This document shows, in pieces, positions 18,582 through 26,532 of a stretch of 64,000 nucleotides of DNA. The notes under the pieces are model-generated. The model was given only the letters and a program-made list of their open reading frames with translations, did no database searches and had not been told where the DNA came from. The DNA lies in assembly GCA_045580815.1 (NCBI GenBank), contig JAZNOL010000048.1, positions 49,357 through 113,356 of the forward strand, in the 5' to 3' direction. Within the stretch, counting starts at the first letter, position 1, and every line of letters starts with the position of its first letter. A program made the position numbers and the translations under genes. This stretch comes from Clostridia bacterium (GTDB taxonomy: Bacteria > Bacillota > Clostridia > RUG12999).

Positions 18582-18635
18582 AAATACAAACCTATATAAA
18601 AAATTTATTAAAAATTAATGAGGAGTTAAAATAAA

Positions 18636-20939
18636 ATGGATTACAGTTTAAAAGAAGTCGCTGGCAGAATAAAAGACCTGCGCGAAGCAAAGGGTTATAC
18701 TCCCGAAGAACTTGCAAAGCTAACAGGCGTATCGGTCGAGGACTATATGCTCTTAGAAGAGGGCGAAACAGATTTCAGCTTTACTTTTATTTATAAATGT
18801 GCAAAAGCCTGCGGTGTTGAGGTTGTTGATATTCTTGAGGGAACAAGCTCCACACTTACATCTTTTGCTATTACCAGAAAAGGCGAAGGTCTTAAAATCA
18901 TCAAAAAACAGGGTGTTGTTTATAACAACCTTGCTCCCAAATTCAAAGAAAAACTTGCAGAACCGTTTCTTGTTAAATTCCCGTATCTTGAAGAAGAACA
19001 GAATGCTCCAATAAAGCTCAATTCTCACAACGGTCAGGAATTTGATGTTATTGTTAAAGGCTCGCTTAAAGTTCAGGTGGGCAACCACATTGATATCCTT
19101 AATGAGGGCGATTCTATTTTCTATAACAGTATCATTCCTCACGGCATGATTGCCGTAAGTGAGGGCGGATGTGAATTCCACGCAGTTGTGCTTAATCCCC
19201 AGGACGGACATTTCAGCGAGGAATATCCCGAAGCACCGTTTATTGCGGCAAAAGCAGCAACAGCATCCAAAAAAGCTAAAAAAACCGTTGCAGACAACTT
19301 TGTTGAGTCTTCATATGACGAAAACGGTGTATTTAACGGAATTACTTTCAAAAACGAAGATAAATTCAACTTTGCTTTTGACTGTGTTGACGCAATTGCA
19401 AAAAAATCTCCCGATAAACGTGCTATGATGTGGGTTGGCAACGATAAATCCGAACGTTGCTTCACATTCAGTGATATGAAGAAATATTCCGCAAAAACTG
19501 CCAACTATTTTGAATCTCTCGGCATCAAAAAAGGCGACACGGTTATGCTTGTGCTCAAACGTCATTACCAGTTCTGGTTCTGTATGCTTGCACTTCATAA
19601 AATCGGTGCAATCGCAATTCCGGCAACAAATCAGCTTGTTGAACACGATTTTGAATACAGATATAAAGCGGCAGGCGTAAAAGCAATTGTATGTACTGCT
19701 GACGGTGATGTATCTGTTGAGGCAGAAAAAGCGGCGGCAAATTTCCCGGGAATGCTCAAAATTTTAGTTGGCGGCAAAAAAGATGGATGGAACGATTTCA
19801 ACGTTGAAATGGAACGTTTCAGCACCCATTTTGACCGCAAAGAAGACTCACCCTGCGGCGACGATCCCATGCTCATGCTGTTTACATCGGGAACAACCGG
19901 CTATCCCCGTATTGCAACTCATTCTTATAAATATGCATTGGGACATTATCCCACAGCAAAACACTGGCACAATGTAAATCCTGACGGTCTGCATTTCACA
20001 ATTTCCGATACAGGCTGGGGTAAAGCTCTCTGGGGCAAGCTCTATGGACAGTGGCTCTGTGAAGCAGGCGTGTTCACTTATGACTTTGACAGATTCCATT
20101 CAGAAGATATTCTGCCGATGTTTGCAAAATACAACATCACAACCTTCTGTGCACCGCCCACAATGTACCGATTCTTCATCAAAGAAGATTTGTCAAAATA
20201 TGACCTTTCTTCAATTGAATATGCAACAACAGCGGGCGAAGCACTTAACCCCGAGGTTTATAACCAGTTCTTAAAAGCGACTGGACTTAAAATTATGGAA
20301 GGCTTCGGTCAGACCGAAACAACCCTTTCAATTGCAAACTTTGTAGGCTCAACACCGAAAATCGGTTCTATGGGCAGACCCAGTCCTCTTTATGATGTTG
20401 TGGTTCTTGACCCGGACGGCAACGAGTGCAAAACCGGTGACACCGGTGAAATCTGTATCCGTACAAAAGACGGTGCACCCTGCGGCCTCTTTATCGGATA
20501 TTATCTTGATGAAGAAAAAACCAAAGACGTATGGCATGACGGCTTCTATCACACAGGCGACCAGGCAACAATGGACGAGGACGGCTATCTGTGGTATGTG
20601 GGACGTATTGACGATGTTATCAAATCATCCGGATACCGCATCGGACCTTTTGAAATTGAAAGTGTTATCATGGAACTTCCCTATGTTCTTGAATGTGCTA
20701 TCACAGCTGTTCCCGATGAAGTTCGCGGACAGATTGTAAAAGCTACAATCGTGCTTACAAAAGGCACAGAGGGCACAGATGAGCTGAAAAAAGAAATTCA
20801 GGAATATGTAAAAACCCATACCGCACCTTACAAATATCCGAGAATTGTGGAATTTGTGGATGACCTGCCCAAAACAATCAGCGGTAAAGTAAGACGTGTT
20901 GAAATCAGAAACAAAGACATGGAAAAAGTAAAGAAATAA
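18636..20939 (+). CDS. Fusion protein: XRE-family HTH + cupin domain + AMP-forming acyl-CoA synthetase (medium-chain/ACSM-like)
   Basis: Residues 1-65: HTH_3 (LKEVAGRIKDLREAKGYTPEELAKLTGVSVEDYMLLEEGE). Residues ~95-190: cupin (GQEFDVIVKGSLKVQVGNHIDILNEGDSIFYNSIIPHGM). An Ala/Lys linker follows. Then the adenylate-forming core (FTSGTTGYPR, YHTGDQATMDEDGYLWYVGRIDDVIKSSGYRIGPFEIES, PKTISGKVRR). There is no stop codon and no internal RBS/start at the junction. Confidence 0.85.
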   Translation: MDYSLKEVAGRIKDLREAKGYTPEELAKLTGVSVEDYMLLEEGETDFSFTFIYKCAKACGVEVVDILEGTSSTLTSFAITRKGEGLKIIKKQGVVYNNLAPKFKEKLAEPFLVKFPYLEEEQNAPIKLNSHNGQEFDVIVKGSLKVQVGNHIDILNEGDSIFYNSIIPHGMIAVSEGGCEFHAVVLNPQDGHFSEEYPEAPFIAAKAATASKKAKKTVADNFVESSYDENGVFNGITFKNEDKFNFAFDCVDAIAKKSPDKRAMMWVGNDKSERCFTFSDMKKYSAKTANYFESLGIKKGDTVMLVLKRHYQFWFCMLALHKIGAIAIPATNQLVEHDFEYRYKAAGVKAIVCTADGDVSVEAEKAAANFPGMLKILVGGKKDGWNDFNVEMERFSTHFDRKEDSPCGDDPMLMLFTSGTTGYPRIATHSYKYALGHYPTAKHWHNVNPDGLHFTISDTGWGKALWGKLYGQWLCEAGVFTYDFDRFHSEDILPMFAKYNITTFCAPPTMYRFFIKEDLSKYDLSSIEYATTAGEALNPEVYNQFLKATGLKIMEGFGQTETTLSIANFVGSTPKIGSMGRPSPLYDVVVLDPDGNECKTGDTGEICIRTKDGAPCGLFIGYYLDEEKTKDVWHDGFYHTGDQATMDEDGYLWYVGRIDDVIKSSGYRIGPFEIESVIMELPYVLECAITAVPDEVRGQIVKATIVLTKGTEGTDELKKEIQEYVKTHTAPYKYPRIVEFVDDLPKTISGKVRRVEIRNKDMEKVKK

Positions 20940-20948
20940 TCCATCAAT

Positions 20949-20986
20949 AAAACGTCTGCAACAATAATTGTTGCAGACGTTTTTTA
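20949..20986. terminator. Bidirectional terminator
   Basis: 14-bp stem AACGTCTGCAACAA / TTGTTGCAGACGTT, then T5. Confidence 0.85.
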
Positions 20987-20995
20987 GTCAAATCT

Positions 20996-21856
20996 TTATT
21001 TTTCTTCGTATTTTTCGTAAACCTGATATTCCTCCCACAGGGACTCAAGACGTTCAAAGTTCTGGTAAAGAGCATCCTTTTTGCTAAGTCCCAATGCCAC
21101 AATCAGCGCATTTATAAGGCTGAACGGAGCAGTAAGCGAATCTACAAAATAAGCCATGTCGCTTCGTGCAAAAAGGCTGTGAGTTGCATATTCAATAATG
21201 GGTGAGTGGTCACAGTCGGTTATAGCGATAACACGGCAACCGCGTTTTGCTGCATATTGTACAGTTGTCACCGTACGCTTTGAATATCTTGGATAGCTTA
21301 TTGCAATAACAACATCTTCGGAATTAACGTTAATCATGCTTTCAAAAATCTCACTGATGCTGTTTGTTGAAATTGTAATAACGTTGTCAAACATCATGTT
21401 AAGATAAAGCCCCAGAAAGTTAGCCAGCACCGAAGAGCTACGCAGTCCGATTATATAAATTTTTCGTGCACTTAAAATCTCGTTTACGCAGGCATCAAAG
21501 GATTTTTTGTTTATTTCTTCAATGCTTCGGCGGATATTTTCGGCATCGGCTTTAAGCACATTTGTCAGAATATCGTTTTCGCCAAGACGGTCAAAAGCAA
21601 CCTCCATGCGTTGGAGTGCTGTGAGCTTGTTGCGCACCGAAATCTGCAAATGGTCAATAAACTCGCTGTAGCCTTCAAAACCAAGTTCAGAGGCAAACCG
21701 AACAACGGTGGACTCACTGATACCAACAGCCGCACCCAGCTTTTGTGCTGTAAGATATGCCGCTTTGTCATAGTTAGTAAGAATATAGTCGGCAATTTTT
21801 TTCTGCCCCTTGCTGAAAGAGCTGTATCTGCTTTTTATTTCTTTTAGCAAATCCAT
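20996..21856 (-). CDS. MurR/RpiR-family transcriptional regulator (HTH_6 + SIS)
   Basis: N-terminal HTH (LTAQKLGAAVGISESTVVRFASELGFEGYSEF) and a C-terminal SIS sugar-phosphate-binding domain. Confidence 0.85.
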   Translation of the reverse strand: MDLLKEIKSRYSSFSKGQKKIADYILTNYDKAAYLTAQKLGAAVGISESTVVRFASELGFEGYSEFIDHLQISVRNKLTALQRMEVAFDRLGENDILTNVLKADAENIRRSIEEINKKSFDACVNEILSARKIYIIGLRSSSVLANFLGLYLNMMFDNVITISTNSISEIFESMINVNSEDVVIAISYPRYSKRTVTTVQYAAKRGCRVIAITDCDHSPIIEYATHSLFARSDMAYFVDSLTAPFSLINALIVALGLSKKDALYQNFERLESLWEEYQVYEKYEEK

Positions 21857-21861
21857 AGGTG

Positions 21862-22893
21862 TCAGTTCTCCTTTTTGGCAATATAAAAAATCTTTTCGCT
21901 GTGAGGTGACGGCCCATCAAAAGTCAGGTCATCATACACAGCAAGAAGTGTCAAGCCTGCCTTTTTAAGCATACCTTTTATTTCTCTGTCGCTGTATGCA
22001 CGTTCATAGTGAAACTCGGTTTTGCGTTCGTACATTTCGCCGTTTTGTATAAAAAATTCCAATTTAAATTCCGAGAGCTTTTCTTCAGGGTCATAAACAT
22101 TTTCCCAGGTGTAAAAAACACCGTCACCCTCGCCACAGAAAGTGTTTCCGGCAAGCACGTTTTTCAGCTTGTAAGGTGTGTTTACGTCAAAAATAAACAG
22201 TCCACCCGGATTAAGATAGTTGTGAACAAGCTTGAATGTCTGTAATACGTCTTCTTTTTCCGTAACATAATTTATGCTGTCAAGCAGACATAAAACCGCA
22301 TCAACAGTGCCAAAAAGCTCAAATTCAGGCATCTGCTGACAAAGGTATAAAATGCTATCGTCATCCGATTTGCTTTTGGCGATGTTAAGCATATCGGGAG
22401 ACCCATCAATGCCTATCATATCATAGCCTTTATCAGACATGATTTTTGTGATACTGCCTGTTCCGCAGGCAAGGTCAAGCACAAGCTGTGGTTTTGTACC
22501 GAATTTTTTAAACAGCTTTTCAATATACGAAACACGTTTTTTGTAATTCACATCGCCGGTCAGCTTGTCATAAACCTCTGCAAAAGAGGTGTATTTACTG
22601 TCCTCGTCACTGTAATCAACCGTAACATCGCTGTATGTCACACCGTTTTCCTTAAGCATCGAGTGTACATTTGCAAGGATGTATGGGCTGATGTCTGTCC
22701 GTTTGGAAATTTCCGAATACGGCTCACCCTCAAGAAGCATTTTTGCCGCCGCAAGACGCTGTGCAATGGTTTCTGTTTCCGGCTGTGACATTATTGCCGT
22801 AATAACACGCTCGCACGCCTCGTAATCGTTTGTTTCCACAATAAGCTCAAACAAATCGTCAATATATTTATCAAAAAGTTCGTTTTTGTCCAT
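21862..22893 (-). CDS. YerC/TrpR-like HTH domain fused to a class I SAM-dependent methyltransferase
   Basis: The N-terminal ~85 aa match the YerC/YecD pattern (IAQRLAAAKMLLEGEPYSEISKRTDISPYILANVHSMLKENG). Then methyltransferase motif I, VLDLACGTGS. Confidence 0.75.
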   Translation of the reverse strand: MDKNELFDKYIDDLFELIVETNDYEACERVITAIMSQPETETIAQRLAAAKMLLEGEPYSEISKRTDISPYILANVHSMLKENGVTYSDVTVDYSDEDSKYTSFAEVYDKLTGDVNYKKRVSYIEKLFKKFGTKPQLVLDLACGTGSITKIMSDKGYDMIGIDGSPDMLNIAKSKSDDDSILYLCQQMPEFELFGTVDAVLCLLDSINYVTEKEDVLQTFKLVHNYLNPGGLFIFDVNTPYKLKNVLAGNTFCGEGDGVFYTWENVYDPEEKLSEFKLEFFIQNGEMYERKTEFHYERAYSDREIKGMLKKAGLTLLAVYDDLTFDGPSPHSEKIFYIAKKEN

Positions 22894-22925
22894 AGATAAA
22901 AATCTGCCTTTCTTTAAATGCAGAA

Positions 22926-24191
22926 TCAGTCTTCTTTCACACGCTCGATATCTGCACCGAGACCTTTGAGTTTTTCGGCAAAATATTCATAACCTCTGTC
23001 AATGTACTGTATTGAATGTACAGAGGTTTCGCTTCGTGCGGCAAGTCCGGCAACAACCATTGCGGCACCTGCACGCAGGTCGGTTGCTTTAACGGGACAG
23101 CCCACAAGATTTCGCACACCCTGAATAACGGCAAGACGTCCGTTTATCATGATGTTTGCTCCCATTCTGCGAAGCTCGCCCACATACTGGTATCTGTTTT
23201 CCCACACATTTTCGGTCATGGTGCTTGTCCCGTCAGCACAGGCAAGCAGAGCAACCATAAGGGGTTGCAGGTCTGTGGGAAATCCGGGATAGGGAAGAGT
23301 GCGTACGTTTGTGCCTTTGAGTACACCTGTACTGCGCACACGGATGCTCTCGTCATTTTCGGTAACGTCAACGCCCATTTCCACAAGCTTTGCTGTAAGT
23401 GCTTCCATATGCTTAGGAATAACGTTGTCAACGGTAACATCACCGCCTGTTGCGGCAGCGGCAACCATAAATGTGCCCGCCTCAATCTGGTCGGGTATAA
23501 GTGAATATGTGCAGCTGTCAAGCTCTTTTACGCCGCGGATTTTAATGGTGTCAGTTCCCGCACCCTTGACATCAGCACCCATAGAATTAAGAAAGTTTGC
23601 CACGTCAACAATGTGCGGTTCTTTTGCGGCATTTTCAATAACAGTCAGACCGTCTGCAAGCACAGCGGCAATCATGATATTGATTGTTGCACCTACACTT
23701 ACGGTATCAAAATAAATGTTTGTGCCCACAAGATTTTCGGCATGAACGTCAAATTTTCCGCCCTGAAGATTTACACTTGCACCAAGACGTTCAAAGCCTT
23801 TTGCGTGCAGGTCAATGGGACGTTCACCGAAATTGCAACCGCCCGGCATTGTAACAACAGCATTCTTAAATCTGCCAAGAAGTGCACCAACAAGATAGTA
23901 GGAGGCACGCATACGTGTAACTCCGTCAGAATCGGCAACAAAAGTGTTTACACCTGAGTTGTCAATTTCAACTGTGTGACGGTCAAACATTGTTACTTTT
24001 GAACCAAGCTCTTTTAATATATCAAGAATATTTATAACATCAATAATATCGGGAATATTTTCAATTCTGCAAACTTTTTTTGTAAGAAGTGACGCCGGAA
24101 TAATGGCAACTGCGGCGTTTTTTGCTCCGCTGATGGAAACATGACCGCTGAGTTTTTTTCCACCGTTTATTTTAAAATACTCCAAAACCAA
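22926..24191 (-). CDS. murA: UDP-N-acetylglucosamine 1-carboxyvinyltransferase
   Basis: VSISGAKNAAVAIIPASLL; active-site loop PGGCNFGERPIDLH; 421 aa. There are TTG starts at 24191 and 24185. GAGGGGG lies 2 nt before the first and 8 nt before the second, so the true start may be 24185. Confidence 0.93.
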   Translation of the reverse strand: MVLEYFKINGGKKLSGHVSISGAKNAAVAIIPASLLTKKVCRIENIPDIIDVINILDILKELGSKVTMFDRHTVEIDNSGVNTFVADSDGVTRMRASYYLVGALLGRFKNAVVTMPGGCNFGERPIDLHAKGFERLGASVNLQGGKFDVHAENLVGTNIYFDTVSVGATINIMIAAVLADGLTVIENAAKEPHIVDVANFLNSMGADVKGAGTDTIKIRGVKELDSCTYSLIPDQIEAGTFMVAAAATGGDVTVDNVIPKHMEALTAKLVEMGVDVTENDESIRVRSTGVLKGTNVRTLPYPGFPTDLQPLMVALLACADGTSTMTENVWENRYQYVGELRRMGANIMINGRLAVIQGVRNLVGCPVKATDLRAGAAMVVAGLAARSETSVHSIQYIDRGYEYFAEKLKGLGADIERVKED

Positions 24192-24293
24192 ACCCCCTCA
24201 AATAATAATTACAACATTACTATTATATTATACCACATATTCACAGATTTGTAAAGGAAAATTTTGAAATTTTAAAATTTCGGTTTAAAAAAA

Positions 24294-24322
24294 TTGACAG
24301 AAACTCAAATTTATGATAATAT
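24294..24322 (+). promoter_or_regulatory. Sigma-A promoter for the GH32 gene
   Basis: TTGACA (24294-24299), 17-nt spacer, TAATAT (24317-24322). Confidence 0.65.
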
Positions 24323-24470
24323 ATAAATTGGAAGTTTGTCAAAGAAATTTGATTCAATCTGTAATCAGCAAGAGTCTTCCCCTCAAGGGAAAGACTTTAA
24401 AAATTTAGTCCCTTATATCACATAAGCATATAAAAAGAACTTTAAATTGTTGAATGAGAGGGGGTTCTGT

Positions 24471-25565
24471 ATGAATTATCTCGCAGAATTAAAGTGTCAT
24501 TACAGACCTCAAAAAGGATGGATTAACGACCCCAACGGTTTGGTTTACTATAAAGGATATTATCATGTATTTTACCAGCATGCCCCGGAATATGAAGTTC
24601 CGGGAGAACAGCCTATGCATTGGGGTCATTCACGCACCAAGGATTTTTTGGAATGGGAAGAGCTTCCTGTTGCATTATATCCCGACAAAGAGTATGACAG
24701 TAACGGTTGCTGGTCAGGAACTGCTATTGTTAAAGATGATGTGTTGTATTTATTTTATGCATCAGTCAGTGGGGACGAGAAAAAACAAACAGTAAGTATC
24801 GCATATTCTTCGGATGGCATTAATTTTGAAAAATACGAAAACAATCCTGTTATCGATGGTTATCCGGACGATGGAGGTCCCGACTTTCGTGACCCGGCTG
24901 TTACATATATAAGTGGAAAATACTATTGTGTTATGGCAACAGGACACACAGATACAAAAACTGCTCGTCTTCTTGTTTATGAAAGCGAAAACTTGTTTGA
25001 GTGGAGCTATGGCGGTATTATGACAGAATGGGAAAATTCGCGGTATGCAGAATGTCCGTCGTTTATGCAGACAGATGATAATAAATACATTTTGACTGCA
25101 TCTGTTTGTCCTTTGGACAGCGACCATTATTTCAATGTTATGTACGGCAGTTTTGAAGACGGTATTTTCAAATGTGAGCTGACCGGAAACATCGATAAAG
25201 GTCCCGACCAGTATGCCGGACAGGTTTTTAAAGATTGTCGCGGAAGATGTATTCACATAACCTGGATTCCCGGATGGCAATATGCCGGATATGCAAAAAA
25301 GGATATCGGATGTATGTCTGTTCCGCGCCGGATTTTTGTGAAAAACGGAAAAATATACGGATATCCGATAGAAGAAGTTCAACATCTTCTGAAAGATAAA
25401 GATTCTGCAATCACAGTTACGGATGACGGCTTTTATATAGTGCGGACGAACAGAGAAAAAGTTGTGCATAAAGGTAAGGTAGACAGTTTGAAAGTTATAC
25501 GGGATGAGTATGTATTGGAAGTTTTTGTAAATCAAGGGGAAACAATATATACGGTTCTTTTATAA
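24471..25565 (+). CDS. Glycoside hydrolase family 32 (beta-fructofuranosidase / sucrose-6-phosphate hydrolase-like), short form
   Basis: WINDPNG, FRDP and ECP catalytic motifs. ATG 24471 follows GAGGGGG. At 364 aa, the C-terminal beta-sandwich is short. Confidence 0.85.
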   Translation: MNYLAELKCHYRPQKGWINDPNGLVYYKGYYHVFYQHAPEYEVPGEQPMHWGHSRTKDFLEWEELPVALYPDKEYDSNGCWSGTAIVKDDVLYLFYASVSGDEKKQTVSIAYSSDGINFEKYENNPVIDGYPDDGGPDFRDPAVTYISGKYYCVMATGHTDTKTARLLVYESENLFEWSYGGIMTEWENSRYAECPSFMQTDDNKYILTASVCPLDSDHYFNVMYGSFEDGIFKCELTGNIDKGPDQYAGQVFKDCRGRCIHITWIPGWQYAGYAKKDIGCMSVPRRIFVKNGKIYGYPIEEVQHLLKDKDSAITVTDDGFYIVRTNREKVVHKGKVDSLKVIRDEYVLEVFVNQGETIYTVLL

Positions 25566-25611
25566 ATATGATGTTTTCTGATTTAGCATGAACATAAAAG
25601 GAGGGCGATTT

Positions 25612-26511
25612 ATGTCATTTACGGCAACAGTTAAAAGTGAAGTTTTAAACCGCATACCAACCAGCGGCTGCTGTATGCACAGTTTTTTTGCCGGAATGGC
25701 ATCTGTTGGCGGCGTTTGCAAAATAGAAAAAAACGGTATTTCATATATATTTTCAACAGAAAATCCTGATATTGGCGATGCGTTTGAAAACTTATGCAAA
25801 ACACTTTTTATGACAGAACCTGAAAAAAATTCAAAAGGCACGCTTATCAGCTATAAAATTCCCGATGCAACAATGATTTTAAAAGAGCTTGAGATAATCA
25901 GCGAAAAAGGTGCACTTATGACAACACCGGCAAATTTACAGGATTGCTGTGTGCGTGCATTTATAGGCGGCGCGTTTGTTGCCGGCGGCAGTATAACCTC
26001 GCCGGAAAAAAGGTATCATCTTGAATTTGTAACGCCGCATTTTCACATTAACAGCGGCATTATCAGCCTGTTTAAGCGGTTTGATATTCCTGCAAAATAC
26101 GTTGTGCGCAAATCAAAATATGTTGTTTATTTTAAAGATAATGAAATAATTGGCGACGTGCTTGCCATGATTAACGCACACGATGCTTTGTGGGAGCTTA
26201 ACAACACAAATATTTTAAAAAGCATTGCAAACCGCGAAAACCGTATTGCCAATTGCGAAGAAGCAAACATCGGCAGAGTTGTCGATGCATCAATAAAACA
26301 GCGGAAAGCAATAGAATACATAGACGAAAAATTCGGCATTGACAACCTTTCGCCACAGCTTGCACAGGCGGCACGTATGCGACTTGAATATCCTGATATT
26401 TCCATAACAGAGCTTGGGCAGATGTTTGAACCACCGCTTTCAAAATCGGGAATCAATCACCGTATGCGAAAGCTTGTGCAGTTTGCCGAGGAACTCAAAG
26501 AATCAATTTAG
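25612..26511 (+). CDS. whiA: DNA-binding protein WhiA
   Basis: MSFTATVKSEVL...; LAGLIDADG-derived middle domain; C-terminal HTH (ITELGQMFEPPLSKSGINHRMRKL). ATG 25612 follows AAAGGAGGG. Confidence 0.9.
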   Translation: MSFTATVKSEVLNRIPTSGCCMHSFFAGMASVGGVCKIEKNGISYIFSTENPDIGDAFENLCKTLFMTEPEKNSKGTLISYKIPDATMILKELEIISEKGALMTTPANLQDCCVRAFIGGAFVAGGSITSPEKRYHLEFVTPHFHINSGIISLFKRFDIPAKYVVRKSKYVVYFKDNEIIGDVLAMINAHDALWELNNTNILKSIANRENRIANCEEANIGRVVDASIKQRKAIEYIDEKFGIDNLSPQLAQAARMRLEYPDISITELGQMFEPPLSKSGINHRMRKLVQFAEELKESI

Positions 26512-26532
26512 AATTACGGAGAAAGATGAAAA

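Noticed and set aside
24366-24396. The hairpin AGTCTTCCC-CTCAA-GGGAAAGACT in the GH32 leader, considered as a RAT/antiterminator target or terminator.
   Set aside because: It has no following U-tract, no resemblance to the RAT consensus as I recall it, and no BglG/SacY-type antiterminator gene nearby. The evidence is insufficient.
24762-25535. A 257-aa antisense ORF inside the GH32 gene. Similar long antisense ORFs occur at 33287-33856, 13577-14053, 47715-48218, 23016-23504, 55941-56414 and 35804-36241.
   Set aside because: Each lies opposite a gene with strong family motifs. They lack RBS signals and have low-complexity, Cys/Phe/Ile-rich off-frame composition. They are shadow ORFs.
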